A stretch of 64,000 nt of DNA, from positions 42,766 to 106,765 of the IMG/VR virus record IMGVR_UViG_3300023276_000007; one strand, given 5' to 3'. The notes under the pieces were generated by a model that was not told where the DNA came from, did no database searches, and saw only the letters and a program-made list of their open reading frames with translations. The stretch comes from a virus. Made by a program: the position numbers and the translations under genes. This document shows positions 1-10,435 of this stretch, piece by piece. How positions within the stretch are numbered: position 1 is the first letter of the stretch; each line of letters starts with the position of its first letter.

Positions 1-1
1 C

Positions 2-2950
2 GGTAACGCAGCAATCTATCTTCTCGATCAGACTGCTACTTACGATGACGCTTTCGGAGATCAATCACAAGGTGTAAGCGATCTAGACATCACAGTTACG
101 ATCGTAGCAGGCGGAGTTGCCACTAGTGGTAATGTCACTGCTAACGTCTCTAATGCTTCAGGAACGTACAACCGTACAGGTGTTCCAATAGTTGCAGATG
201 CTAACTACCCTGATGGTAGTATCTATATCGGTAGCAACATGGTTCTCGCCTTTGACGCTACAGGTGATACTTCTGGATCAGGCGGTGGACCTGACAGAGA
301 ATTCAAAGCTGGTGACAGTTATGAAGTATCTGGAGTCCTTACCCCAGTTAACGCTGTTAACAATCTTATTGTCGAGGGTTCTTACTCTGGTCAGCAAGAT
401 ACTACTTACAGACTAGAAGTTGTTCGTGGCGGACTTTTCGATAGAACAGTTGTTGCTCAGCCAGGTGTTAACTACTTCGGTAGAGGCCATAACGCTGTCT
501 ACGCTAATACAGTTATTACTTCTGCAGGTCAGCCTGCTGATACAGAAACCCTCACATTAAATGATGGGTTTAACAGTGTTGTCTTCGAGTTCGATAACAA
601 TGCTACTGTTTCTGGTACTAACGTTGCTGTAGTTATCGGTGGAACTGCCGCAGACACACTAACTAACTTACTAGCAGCTATCCAAGGAAGTTCTCTTGAT
701 GCTCAGGCAATCGAGACTGTCTCTGGTACTGAGATCACAGTTACGTCTAACAACCTAGCTAACGACCTCACTTCTGCAGGAACACCAACTAACTACTCTA
801 CAGTAGATACCGCACTATCAACTCCGACAGCCTCTACGGTTATCGCAGCAGTAGTCGACATCTCTCAGTGGACTGGTGGTGATCTTGATGACGAGTATCG
901 TCTAGTTGTTACTAAAGCAGGTGGTAACCTTGTTTCGACTGAGTTCGCTCTTGAGTCTAACGCTGGTGATAACCAGAACGGTATTTCCTTCCCAGCCTTC
1001 GCTACATCTGTAGACGTCGGTATCAAAGGACTTGCAATCACTCTTACTGATGGTGGCGCTGTTAACCCAGCCTTCGCTGTAGGTGAGACTTTCGTTCTAG
1101 ACTTGAGACTCTCAAGACCTAAGCTTAAGATTACAGACTCTGCAGGTATCGATCAGCAGACTAACGTTGTAGTTGCAGATGGTGACATCATTAACGTCGG
1201 ACTTAACGGCGTAACTGTTGAATTCCCTTCTAACACCAACTCTAACGGTGGAATCGACATTAACGGCGGACTAAGCTTAGGCGACGTCTGGACTATTGAA
1301 GCTACTGCAAAAGCAAACGGACCTCTTAAGACTCTTGTTCTTAGTGAGCCTGTTTCTGATAACGTCGCAGCTGCAATCGACTCAGCAGGAGTTCCGGTAC
1401 CAATACCTGACCTTTTCGCTATCGACCTGTTCTTGTTTAGCAACTCAGTCACTATCCCAAGTGAGCAGCGTGATCCTAACGTAGCCGCTGGTTTCTTTAA
1501 CTGGCAAGGTATTGCAGCAAGCTTGACATCTAACTCTGGAATAACACTCCAGGATAGCAGATGGGTAGACCCAAGTGACAGTTCTATGCCTTACCTTGAA
1601 TTATGGCAAGGTTCACTTTATGTAGAGTACAGAGCATTACTCAGAGAGTATACTAGCTCAATCTTCTCTATATCTAACATTGACGATGTGGTCAGTTCAC
1701 TCGGTCCAATTGTTCCAGACAACCCACTAGCTCTAGGTGTTTACAAAGCACTACAGAACAGTGCAGATGCTACCGTGTATTTCATGGGAGTTGAATCTGA
1801 TGATGTTGCTGGATACTCTAAGGTCCTAAGTAAAGCTACTCTTTCTGATAAGCTTTACAGTCTCGTACCTCTTACGTTCGACGATACAATCCACGGATTG
1901 GTTGATGCGCATGTTGACGAGATGTCCACAGAAAATCGTAAGAGATGGAGAATAGCATTCCTCGCAGCTGAGACCAGCTTCGAAAACGCAATCCTTTGGG
2001 GTGGTAACCATCCTACTAATGGAGTGTGGAACGCTACTATCACTGACGATACACGAGCTGTCGGTACTCAATACACAAGAGTTGAGTTCACAGAGTTCGC
2101 AAACCTACTAGGTACTGTTGCAGTTGGCGATGAAATTCGTTTCAACTTCGATATCGATGCTTGGGGTAACGAGACTCACACGTCAGCTGTCGTAGCAGAA
2201 TTGGAAAGTAATCAGGTTCTTTACCTCGATGCCGCCCAGCCAGCCGCGATCACAACTGCAGTGAAGATGGAAATTTACCATCCTCTAAGCACAAGTGAGC
2301 AGGCTTCTAAACTTGCAGAAACTTCCGCAGCTTACGCCGACAGAAGAATGTATGCAGTTTACCCAGACGTACTGTTTAACGAAGGCGTTGCAGAACCAGG
2401 ATACTTCGCAGCAGCGGGTGTAGCCGGGTTAGCAAGCTCAGTAGTTCCTCAGCAAGGGTTAACAAACACTGAAGTAGCAGGGTTCGATGACGTTCCAGCT
2501 ATCTACAGCATCTTTAGTGAAGATGACCTTAACACTATGGCCGAGGGTGGTACATTGATCGTAGCTCAAGAGCTACCAGGTGGTCCGGTATTTATCCGTC
2601 ACCAGATCTCTACCAACCAACGTAGCGGTGTTCTTGCTAAGACTGAATTGTCAATGGTTAAAAACTTTGACTCCATCAGTTACTACTTCGCTAACAAACT
2701 GTCCCCTTACATTGGTAAGTATAACGTAACTCCAGCACTTGTTGACCACCTCCGCACAGAGATTCTGTCTGGTATCAACTTCTTGAGTTCATTTACAGGT
2801 GTAGGTCTTCTTAGCCCGCAGGTCATTAAGGAAAACAGTGAGATAGTTCTCATTCAGCAGCACCCAACGCTCGCTGATACGATTATCGCCAATGTGAACC
2901 TGAACTTACCAGCGCCGCTTAACGTAATCGAACTACACTTAGTAGTATAA
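2..2950 (+). CDS. Contractile tail sheath protein, very large with inserted beta domains (5'-truncated)
   Basis: Frame is open from position 2, so the true start lies upstream of the window. The C-terminus (…FDSISYYFANKLSPYIGKYN…IANVNLNLPAPLNVIELHLVV) is typical of sheath domain I, and a tube-sized gene follows directly. Confidence 0.85.
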   Translation, partial: GNAAIYLLDQTATYDDAFGDQSQGVSDLDITVTIVAGGVATSGNVTANVSNASGTYNRTGVPIVADANYPDGSIYIGSNMVLAFDATGDTSGSGGGPDREFKAGDSYEVSGVLTPVNAVNNLIVEGSYSGQQDTTYRLEVVRGGLFDRTVVAQPGVNYFGRGHNAVYANTVITSAGQPADTETLTLNDGFNSVVFEFDNNATVSGTNVAVVIGGTAADTLTNLLAAIQGSSLDAQAIETVSGTEITVTSNNLANDLTSAGTPTNYSTVDTALSTPTASTVIAAVVDISQWTGGDLDDEYRLVVTKAGGNLVSTEFALESNAGDNQNGISFPAFATSVDVGIKGLAITLTDGGAVNPAFAVGETFVLDLRLSRPKLKITDSAGIDQQTNVVVADGDIINVGLNGVTVEFPSNTNSNGGIDINGGLSLGDVWTIEATAKANGPLKTLVLSEPVSDNVAAAIDSAGVPVPIPDLFAIDLFLFSNSVTIPSEQRDPNVAAGFFNWQGIAASLTSNSGITLQDSRWVDPSDSSMPYLELWQGSLYVEYRALLREYTSSIFSISNIDDVVSSLGPIVPDNPLALGVYKALQNSADATVYFMGVESDDVAGYSKVLSKATLSDKLYSLVPLTFDDTIHGLVDAHVDEMSTENRKRWRIAFLAAETSFENAILWGGNHPTNGVWNATITDDTRAVGTQYTRVEFTEFANLLGTVAVGDEIRFNFDIDAWGNETHTSAVVAELESNQVLYLDAAQPAAITTAVKMEIYHPLSTSEQASKLAETSAAYADRRMYAVYPDVLFNEGVAEPGYFAAAGVAGLASSVVPQQGLTNTEVAGFDDVPAIYSIFSEDDLNTMAEGGTLIVAQELPGGPVFIRHQISTNQRSGVLAKTELSMVKNFDSISYYFANKLSPYIGKYNVTPALVDHLRTEILSGINFLSSFTGVGLLSPQVIKENSEIVLIQQHPTLADTIIANVNLNLPAPLNVIELHLVV

Positions 2951-2965
2951 GGAGAGGTATTAACA

Positions 2966-3454
2966 ATGGCTGATATATTTGGTTATAACAGAGGGGCGAA
3001 AGCTAAGCAGGTGTTCTCTTCGGAGAATACTAGATTGGACTTCGCCACAGGCGGCGCGGGCTTAGCGGCCAACGCCGGTGGTTACCTTGTACAAAACTGG
3101 GCCGTTAACTACGGCCAGCAAGTACAAGAAGTATTTGAATTAGGTTCTAACGCGCTTTACTGGGTGAAGGGTCGACCGCAAGGTTCTGGCACTATCTCCC
3201 GAGTAATCGGACCAGCACCAGCTTCCACAGGTCGTCAAGGTTTATTCCCACAGGAAGCCTTTGATATTTGTGAAGGTGGCGCAATGTTTAACTTGAACGT
3301 CCGAGGCGGTTCTTGTGATAACAACGAGCTGGAAGGTGTTAACATATCCATGGATGGCTGTGTTATTACTACTATCGGGTTCTCTGCTAACGTTGCAGAC
3401 GCGCGTGTCATGGAAAATATAGGTTGGCGTTTCGCTCACCTAGAAGTGGCATAA
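2966..3454 (+). CDS. Tail tube protein
   Basis: 162 aa, directly after the sheath, strong SD (AAGGAGAGG). Tube-like pattern VQNWAVNYGQQVQEVFELGS…GSGTISRVIG. Followed by a terminator. Confidence 0.8.
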   Translation: MADIFGYNRGAKAKQVFSSENTRLDFATGGAGLAANAGGYLVQNWAVNYGQQVQEVFELGSNALYWVKGRPQGSGTISRVIGPAPASTGRQGLFPQEAFDICEGGAMFNLNVRGGSCDNNELEGVNISMDGCVITTIGFSANVADARVMENIGWRFAHLEVA

Positions 3455-3478
3455 GTTACCGAACTTAAGTTATTAACG

Positions 3479-3517
3479 ACCGGTAACCGCTCATGAGTGG
3501 TTACCGGTTTCTTTTTT
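3479..3517 (+). terminator. Rho-independent terminator after sheath-tube
   Basis: ACCGGTAACCGCTC-AT-GAGTGGTTACCGGT hairpin followed by TTCTTTTTT. Confidence 0.85.
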
Positions 3518-3531
3518 AAAGGATCAGCTAT

Positions 3532-5886
3532 ATGCCCAGTAAGCTTTACAATGACAATTTTAAAAATTCTACCGGTACTAAAGGCGGTCCTAAAGGATGT
3601 CGTGGTGAGTTCAAGCAAGGAATCATCACCAGAGCACTACAAGGTCAATTCTCTTATTCTGTAGAAACCGACAAAGGCGAGACTATCACATGTAAGTCTG
3701 CAGCTAGTATGGTTTCCAATATTGTAGGTGTGAAGGACTTAGCAACACTGTCGTCAGGAACTCCGGTAATATTATGGACTGACGCCCCTGGAGCACAGAA
3801 TGGTGTTATACTGTGTGCCCTACCTACCCATGCTAAGGGTAAACAAGAAATAACACCTAGACAGTTCTCAGCAGACCCCGAGTCTGGCACAGCTATGTGG
3901 AGTAGTCAGTACTACCAAGAGATGTTGAAAAATAGAGATTTCAAACAAAAGATATTCGCTAACAATGGAAGACCTTTTGATGTAAACCCAGGGGACTGGG
4001 GTAAGATAAACGATCACGGAGTCTTCCTAGGTATTATGGGAATGACTGCCACTATGCGAGGGTCGCAGCAATGTGCGATTGAAGTGCATACCCTCGACGA
4101 CCTATTAAGACTCAGAAGCGGCCAGTACCAGCATTTCTCTTCTTTCGGAGAGCAACACATCTATAATGATGGTGGTAATATATCTGTAGAGATATGCGGA
4201 TCTTCTAGGCAGCATGAAGTTTCTGGCAAGGACGACATCGGTGAAGAGGTTTTCGAAGAGTCGGACGATATTAGCAATGACTATAAAGATTTAAACATCA
4301 AACCCAAAGAGGCAGAGGCTACCCTAAAACGTCGTTTCCAGATGTTCTTCGGACACCTAGGATTGCTACAGATGTTTGTTGCCAACCCTGAAGAGGGTGA
4401 TGAGAAGTATTCAAGGAAAGCAAAGCATCAAGGACTTTTTCATCTTAACATCGCAGACAGCGGGCATCTAGGCGTTACCTCTGCAGCAGGTATGGCGTTT
4501 ACTCGTGACGATATCATCCCTATACCTAAGAAGCTTAAAGAACCTTGGGACCCGTCAGGCGACAAGACAGAAGACGGTGAGATCGGAGAAGAGAAGGAAC
4601 CTTATAAGATACCCCCAGCATTTAAGGGAGGTACTCATTTACTTGTAAGAGATATGACTGCATGGTCTAGAAAGAATAGTTACCAAAGATTTGACGAGCA
4701 AGAAAAGGATTGGTATGTACCCGAAGCAGATGACCTAGAAACTCCTAAGGATAAGTACGACACGTTATCCAATGGTAAGGAGTCTACAGAAGAGTTCCAG
4801 GATAAGAAAGAACTTAGAGCTGGTGTGTATATAAACCCAGACGGGTCTGTTACTATTATGGATGCAGCTGGAACACAGCTAGTCCTTGATGGTAAAGGCG
4901 GAATGCAGCTTGGTGGAGCAGGTGCTTTAACTTTAATGCCCGGAACTAACGTAAATATATTAGGCGGTGACGATGTTGTCATTAAAGCCAAGAATAGCGT
5001 AGACATCACAGCTACAGATAAGGATGTACGACTTAAGGCTGAGAAGAACCTACATAGTTTCTCTAATGGCGGAATACTACTAGAGTCAGCAGGAGAGCAG
5101 TCTGGCCATGGCTTTTCAGACGGAACTGACGGTGAGGCAGTTAATAGTTCTGGTATTGTCCTTAAGGCAGCAGAAAGCTCTATCTTTCTATGGGGGCAGG
5201 AAGTACTCTTGTCTGGTATTAGAGGTATTGGCATAGAAGCTGTGAAGGGTGCCGCTAAAGGTGTCCGTATTGTAGGTGACGTCGTGAGAGCTATTGGCGA
5301 CCGCATCCTAGCAGCTACTGGTGGAGCGTACTTACAGCTAACTGACACACAAGCAGCTCTAGCTGCATCTGGTAACGCTTTCTTAGGTGGTGAGTCTGGC
5401 GCAGCTATCGGTGACGGTGGCGAGTATTGGGTGCCACTAACTAAAGCAGGTGACGATGTTTCCACACCACAGCTAGTAGGAGCCAGTAGGCAAGAGAAGG
5501 CCTTCTCCTTTGATAGCAGGTCTTGGTTAAGTACTTTTGAAGAAGGACAACGTGATCCTATAAAGTTCACGTTCAGAAGCTCTGACGAGTATGCTACCAA
5601 TGACTTTGAACTATATCAACTTTCATGGCAGATACTTATAGATAAGAGCCCTATGGCACTGACAGATGCCGGCCTCACCTCTAGTGATTCCTGGCAAGAG
5701 ATTGAAGTTAATGGAACAATGCCATTTCCGGGTAAAGACAAAATTAACAGTAACGTATATATTGTCCTAACCAGCGGCGAAGAAAACGTCGATGAGAATG
5801 GAAAGATGAAGAACCGTGAGTCTATGACAAACGAACCACAGTTTCAGAAGACTTCCTTAAACGAATACAAAGTAACGAAAAGGTAG
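3532..5886 (+). CDS. Baseplate central spike, gp5/VgrG-like
   Basis: N-terminal OB-fold-like region and a beta-helix-like stretch (GVYINPDGSVTIMDAAGTQLVLDGKGGMQL…VVIKAKNSVDITATDKDVRLKAEKN); lies in the tail cluster. Confidence 0.6.
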   Translation: MPSKLYNDNFKNSTGTKGGPKGCRGEFKQGIITRALQGQFSYSVETDKGETITCKSAASMVSNIVGVKDLATLSSGTPVILWTDAPGAQNGVILCALPTHAKGKQEITPRQFSADPESGTAMWSSQYYQEMLKNRDFKQKIFANNGRPFDVNPGDWGKINDHGVFLGIMGMTATMRGSQQCAIEVHTLDDLLRLRSGQYQHFSSFGEQHIYNDGGNISVEICGSSRQHEVSGKDDIGEEVFEESDDISNDYKDLNIKPKEAEATLKRRFQMFFGHLGLLQMFVANPEEGDEKYSRKAKHQGLFHLNIADSGHLGVTSAAGMAFTRDDIIPIPKKLKEPWDPSGDKTEDGEIGEEKEPYKIPPAFKGGTHLLVRDMTAWSRKNSYQRFDEQEKDWYVPEADDLETPKDKYDTLSNGKESTEEFQDKKELRAGVYINPDGSVTIMDAAGTQLVLDGKGGMQLGGAGALTLMPGTNVNILGGDDVVIKAKNSVDITATDKDVRLKAEKNLHSFSNGGILLESAGEQSGHGFSDGTDGEAVNSSGIVLKAAESSIFLWGQEVLLSGIRGIGIEAVKGAAKGVRIVGDVVRAIGDRILAATGGAYLQLTDTQAALAASGNAFLGGESGAAIGDGGEYWVPLTKAGDDVSTPQLVGASRQEKAFSFDSRSWLSTFEEGQRDPIKFTFRSSDEYATNDFELYQLSWQILIDKSPMALTDAGLTSSDSWQEIEVNGTMPFPGKDKINSNVYIVLTSGEENVDENGKMKNRESMTNEPQFQKTSLNEYKVTKR

Positions 5887-5892
5887 ACCATT

Positions 5893-6639
5893 ATGTCAGA
5901 CAGTGTAAAAGATAAGATTAGCAAGAAGCTAGGTGACGGCGAAAGCCTCGGTAGTGGAGATTTTGCAGAATTCTCTCAGCCTAAGAAAAAAGGCGACGCA
6001 GAACTAAGTAGCTCAGTACCTGTAGTAGACAGTGCTAAAGACGACCCCATCATGGGCGCAGGATCAGATGAAGCTGCACCGACTAACGCCGCAAGGTTGA
6101 ACTTACATAAGTCTGGTGCCGATTTAGGTATTACTATAAACTATGACGAGGTAGAGATTACAGAAGACGATCGTGACGAGTTTCTAAACTGCCTTATAGA
6201 TAACAAACGATTCACCAGAGAGTTTACCATATTTGGTGGAAAAGTTACCGGCACCTTAAGAAGCAGAACCTCTGACGAAAGTAGAGCACTTATCTACGAA
6301 TCTCAAAGAAGAGTTACTATGGGAGAGATCCTATCCGACTCAGACTATGCAGCTGTTTTCAGAAGAGCTACTATGAGGTTTCAGATACAGCGGTTAAACG
6401 CTACAGAGTACCCAGAGGCTAAAGGGCCTTTCTTGGCACAAGCAACTTTTAAGTCGTTCATGTTGGATGACAAAGCAGCCGAAGCACCTAAGTGGTATGA
6501 AGAAGCAGAAACCGCTTGGCAAGGTATGCAAACAGGACTTGAAGCAGCTATCTTCGCAGAGATACTGAAATTTGAGTATAAATATTGGACAATGGTAGAG
6601 AATGCTAATAATCAGGATTTTTGGAATCCCGAAGGTTAA
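5893..6639 (+). CDS. Tail assembly chaperone (gpG-like)
   Basis: Upstream of the putative tape measure; ends just after the slippery site G GAT TTT. Confidence 0.6.
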   Translation: MSDSVKDKISKKLGDGESLGSGDFAEFSQPKKKGDAELSSSVPVVDSAKDDPIMGAGSDEAAPTNAARLNLHKSGADLGITINYDEVEITEDDRDEFLNCLIDNKRFTREFTIFGGKVTGTLRSRTSDESRALIYESQRRVTMGEILSDSDYAAVFRRATMRFQIQRLNATEYPEAKGPFLAQATFKSFMLDDKAAEAPKWYEEAETAWQGMQTGLEAAIFAEILKFEYKYWTMVENANNQDFWNPEG

Positions 6640-6654
6640 ACCTCGGCCTTCGGG
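6615..6654 (+). promoter_or_regulatory. Programmed -1 ribosomal frameshift signal
   Basis: Heptamer G GAT TTT (6615-6621), 6-nt spacer, then an 8-bp stem CCCGAAGG (6628-6635) / CCTTCGGG (6647-6654). The -1 frame is open from 6612 to 7025. Confidence 0.7.
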
Positions 6655-7025
6655 CTCGCCTTCGGGGAATACCTACTAGAGATTCCGAAAAACATAGACA
6701 CTCGGGAAAGTTCTACGCTACGGTATGTGAGGTTATCGAGAGCGACATCCTTCGTGAAGTACGAGGACAGAAGTACACGGGTTTGATGGCAGGAGCCACT
6801 CACCCGACTATAGATTATGATAAAGCTATGGGTGTAGCTATAGATGCCTACTATAGCTTGTTAGAAACGATTCCTTACTTAACAGGAGGAGCCACTAAAG
6901 AGGACATGAAGAAGATGGAAAGAGAAAGAGCCGTCAAGGACTACCACGAGAACGTGGCCTTCGATAAGAGAGACAACTCTACCGAACCTCCACCTGTTTA
7001 TGACCATAAGAAGGTTGGAGAATAA
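6621..7025 (+). CDS. Tail assembly chaperone frameshift extension (gpT-like part of a G-T fusion)
   Basis: In the -1 frame relative to 5893..6639, has only a TTG start inside the slippery site, and ends 2 nt before the tape measure. Confidence 0.6.
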   Translation: MESRRLNLGLRARLRGIPTRDSEKHRHSGKFYATVCEVIESDILREVRGQKYTGLMAGATHPTIDYDKAMGVAIDAYYSLLETIPYLTGGATKEDMKKMERERAVKDYHENVAFDKRDNSTEPPPVYDHKKVGE

Positions 7026-7027
7026 CT

Positions 7028-9421
7028 GTGGCGCAATCCCCATATAACACCCAGTATACCCCTAACGCCGTAAGCTCTAACTGGATGGTTAACACAGCCT
7101 ACCAGATGGGCACCAACATGATGGGTATGTCTCAGTCTCCTGGCTTTGTTATGGGGCAGCGCCCTTCCGATACTATGTTTGTAGTTAACGGAGGAAGCCA
7201 ACGCAATCAAAAGGCCCATGAAGACCTCGTGGGTCATATCAACATAATAAATTCGCTACGTAATACAGGAGGAGAGGCTGGAAACATCGCCAGTACTGCA
7301 AGTGGTTACGATAACATGGCTAACTCTTACTTAAGCCAATTTGATTTTGTAAAGCAGGCGACTGGGGGTAACCTCGACGAATTCTCTCGTAGGATGATTG
7401 GAGGAGCTACCAGCATTGCCGGTGGTGGTGACTTAACTAATGCACCTGGTGCTAATAGTTGGCAGAAGCAGATGGCATTCCACCAGCAGCATGTACAGCG
7501 GGCTAAAAGTTTTGGCAAGAGTATACTAGACTCAGCATACGTAGGTGGTGACGCTACAAAGGTTAACAAGAGCTTCACTAGAGGGTTTAAGATAGAAGAG
7601 GTCGCTGATGTAGTTAGCCAACTTGGTTACGAAGGCGGGGTAAGCTGGACAAACCGAGACGGCAGCAAAAGATCAGACGAGCAGAATAAAGACGTAGTAA
7701 GTCAGCGACTAGGTAAACTTGCGGCAGCTAGAAACGTCTTTGGAGAGGGTGACGTTAATTCCCTACAGCAGCAGACACAGCAACTACTCGGCTCCAGCCT
7801 AGGGTCTAACGATGATGCCTCCGGTAAAATACTACAGCAGATTTCTGCAGAGGCTAGAGTTCTTAATAAAGATGTTAAGAACATGGTCAAGTCTAGAGAG
7901 GTCATTAAGAACACTCTAGTATCGTTAAATAAAGCTAGAGACTCTCGCGGTGTCAACTTAACCTACGATGGTACAGGGTCTATTAGTGGTGATATGGAAG
8001 TCACTGCAAATGCTATTGGGTCGTTAGTAGATCATGCAACAGCAGGTCTTCCAGGAAAGACGCAAGCAGCTATGTCACGTAACATGACTAGAACGCTTAT
8101 TAAAGACGTCGACTCTGACGCAGGGCAGTTAGCTAAGCTAATGCAAGCCGGTATGATGTCCGGAGAAGTTAGTAAAGAGGACTATAACATATTCCAACAG
8201 GCCCAACGCTCCGGTAACACCCGAGGAGCTTCCGACATAGCCAGACGTACTATTAAGGACGTTGATAAGATAATGTCAGATAAAGTCCTTTTCGAGAATA
8301 CTATAGGGTGGATGAATGAAGGGGCGATTAAGAATCAGTTTGGAGGTAACGTTGCCGAATTCCAAAAAGCCAACGCAGGATACTCAACACAACGTGTTCG
8401 TAATATTGCGTTAGGAGGTTCCGCACAACAAGCCACTAGGATGCAGGAGATGGGCACCAAACGACGGCTCAATGATATGCGTAAAATTCGCAGAATTACT
8501 GGTGTCGAAGAAGATGAGTATACCGACGAGAATAAAATAGCTGACTATAAAAAAGATTTAGCTATAGGCGCTGGGAACCAAGCCGAGAATGAGAAGACTA
8601 TACAACGCCAGAAACATCAAAGAGGCGACCTAACAGATGACCAACTAAAAGAAAAGCTTGCCGAGATAGATAGTACTCTTGCAGACGACTTAGTCTCTAT
8701 CAAAGGGGTTTCCGGAGATAGCGTCTCAGACGTCAGAGGTGCTATTAGGTCCGGAAAGGTGGGTATATCTGAAGCACGGGCCGACAACATTTCCGATGTA
8801 GCAGACGCTGGGTTCACCAAGCGTCGGGCTAGGAAATACTTTAAAAAGGTTCAAAAGTCTGGCAAGCTAGGCGCCTATACTCAGCTAGACAGTCTTGTAG
8901 CCCGCAAAGCTATATCAAAGGACCAGATGGCCGAGATAATGGATATAGACGATAAAGAAGAACGTCAACAAAAGATCGAGGGTATTATAGGCGAACACTT
9001 CGGTGGAGACACTCGACAAGAGGATATATTTAGAAAACAGACATCGGCAGAAGCAGGCCGCATGACTAACATGTATCTAAGAGACGTAACCCTAAGTGGG
9101 GACCGTGGCTTTATAGATCATAAAACATACGCCAGCAGGAATAAACTTTCCAACGCAGTAGGTAAACAGGCGGGCAAGAGTAAAGACATATCAGACGCCG
9201 CTACTGACGATATGAAAGCAAGCGAGAGTCTTGCTGGAGATAAGAATAATGCAGAAAAGATTCTTAGTGGTATACAAGAACTAGCCGCCGCAGTAACTGA
9301 CGGCCAAAAAGCCAACCTCGACACCTACGGCGAAGGCGGTGTCCTGAAGGTTAAAATAATCAACCCTGAAGAAGTTAAGCCATCCGACCCACCTATGGTC
9401 GAAAGTGGCAGCGGCGGGTAA
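7028..9421 (+). CDS. Probable tape measure protein
   Basis: 797 aa, helical A/G/Q/K-rich composition, directly after the frameshifted chaperone pair. Confidence 0.55.
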   Translation: MAQSPYNTQYTPNAVSSNWMVNTAYQMGTNMMGMSQSPGFVMGQRPSDTMFVVNGGSQRNQKAHEDLVGHINIINSLRNTGGEAGNIASTASGYDNMANSYLSQFDFVKQATGGNLDEFSRRMIGGATSIAGGGDLTNAPGANSWQKQMAFHQQHVQRAKSFGKSILDSAYVGGDATKVNKSFTRGFKIEEVADVVSQLGYEGGVSWTNRDGSKRSDEQNKDVVSQRLGKLAAARNVFGEGDVNSLQQQTQQLLGSSLGSNDDASGKILQQISAEARVLNKDVKNMVKSREVIKNTLVSLNKARDSRGVNLTYDGTGSISGDMEVTANAIGSLVDHATAGLPGKTQAAMSRNMTRTLIKDVDSDAGQLAKLMQAGMMSGEVSKEDYNIFQQAQRSGNTRGASDIARRTIKDVDKIMSDKVLFENTIGWMNEGAIKNQFGGNVAEFQKANAGYSTQRVRNIALGGSAQQATRMQEMGTKRRLNDMRKIRRITGVEEDEYTDENKIADYKKDLAIGAGNQAENEKTIQRQKHQRGDLTDDQLKEKLAEIDSTLADDLVSIKGVSGDSVSDVRGAIRSGKVGISEARADNISDVADAGFTKRRARKYFKKVQKSGKLGAYTQLDSLVARKAISKDQMAEIMDIDDKEERQQKIEGIIGEHFGGDTRQEDIFRKQTSAEAGRMTNMYLRDVTLSGDRGFIDHKTYASRNKLSNAVGKQAGKSKDISDAATDDMKASESLAGDKNNAEKILSGIQELAAAVTDGQKANLDTYGEGGVLKVKIINPEEVKPSDPPMVESGSGG

Positions 9422-9431
9422 TGGAGGAATT

Positions 9432-9950
9432 ATGCCAGTAATATTTGGAACAGACGAGAGTAGCCCTAGAGGCTGCTTTATGGCTTTTACCTTTGACGGT
9501 GGTAACAGCAAAGGAGCATTGCTCACGTTACCAGGCGGTAACTTAATAACTAAGCAAGACCCTACTTGGCCGTTGATTGTAACATCAGTCAAAACAGAGT
9601 TTAAAGAGAACACTCAGTTCCTTAAATGTTTTAATGACCGTATCTACACATACACCTTCGGAGGTGACGTAGGTATTATGTCTGTGAACTTTATGGGATT
9701 CATCGAAGGTGGTGTAGAGGCTGGCGGCGGTGGAGGCGGCGCAGGAGCTGGCCAAGGACCTTGGGAGATTATGATAGATGGGTATAACGAAGCCCGAGTT
9801 TCTAAGTCATTAGACTTTGCAGTCTTAACAGTAGGTAAGAAGTCTATACAAGGTCTTGTGGGATCATTAACTTCCACCACACAGTCGCCAGAGTATGGAC
9901 TACAAGGTTTTGCGCTAACATTAGCATACCTGCCGGAGGCTAACCAATGA
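9432..9950 (+). CDS. Tube-like baseplate/tube initiator protein
   Basis: ATG 9432 with GGAGG SD. The pattern FKENTQFLKCFNDRIYTYTFGGDVG resembles tube-fold paralogues; follows the tape measure. Confidence 0.45.
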   Translation: MPVIFGTDESSPRGCFMAFTFDGGNSKGALLTLPGGNLITKQDPTWPLIVTSVKTEFKENTQFLKCFNDRIYTYTFGGDVGIMSVNFMGFIEGGVEAGGGGGGAGAGQGPWEIMIDGYNEARVSKSLDFAVLTVGKKSIQGLVGSLTSTTQSPEYGLQGFALTLAYLPEANQ

Positions 9951-10435
9951 TAAATCATGCAAGAACACTTTTATTAAATGCACAGATACCTAACAGCGAA
10001 ATATACATACCAGAAACCTATGGTGCGATAACCATACCGTTGTATCTACAGCGGTTCAGGCAGCAGGCGTTAGGTGATGGTGAAAACTTACAAACCCTAG
10101 AGCCTACTGTAGACTCTTGGCTAGGGTTACTACATCAGGCAGATAGAGAATCATATGTCTTGGCTATAGATAAAAGAATTACCTATAAGCCGTTAGGACG
10201 TAAGAATATAAATAACAATAAAGTAAACCTAGCCTCTAAAATAAAAGCAACAGTGTTAAGCGCTAGCCCTTTAGCCGGCTCGGGTAAGTCAGGACTGTTC
10301 AAGTTAGTCCCAGGCTACACGAAGCAGTTAGAAGACTTAAAAGAGATATGGGACTCCAGCACTCGTGATGAGGACAGAGCCTGTGTAGCTGTCATTGGTT
10401 ATATCTATCAGTTGGAAGGAATACGTAATGGCTGA
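9947..10435 (+). CDS. Hypothetical virion/baseplate protein
   Basis: ATGA-coupled ORF in the tail operon. Confidence 0.5.
   Translation: MINHARTLLLNAQIPNSEIYIPETYGAITIPLYLQRFRQQALGDGENLQTLEPTVDSWLGLLHQADRESYVLAIDKRITYKPLGRKNINNNKVNLASKIKATVLSASPLAGSGKSGLFKLVPGYTKQLEDLKEIWDSSTRDEDRACVAVIGYIYQLEGIRNG

Noticed and set aside
4680-5600. 306-aa minus-strand ORF and the many other minus-strand ORFs
   Set aside because: They lie entirely opposite convincing + strand genes, are Ser/Pro/Thr-rich shadows of codon bias, and show no recognisable motifs.
5884-5895. TAG in frame with the next ATG, suggesting stop-codon recoding as in some jumbo phages
   Set aside because: Other TAG stops (25298, 33946, 56439) are followed by out-of-frame genes, 40222 is TAG-TAA, and coding density under code 11 is already complete.
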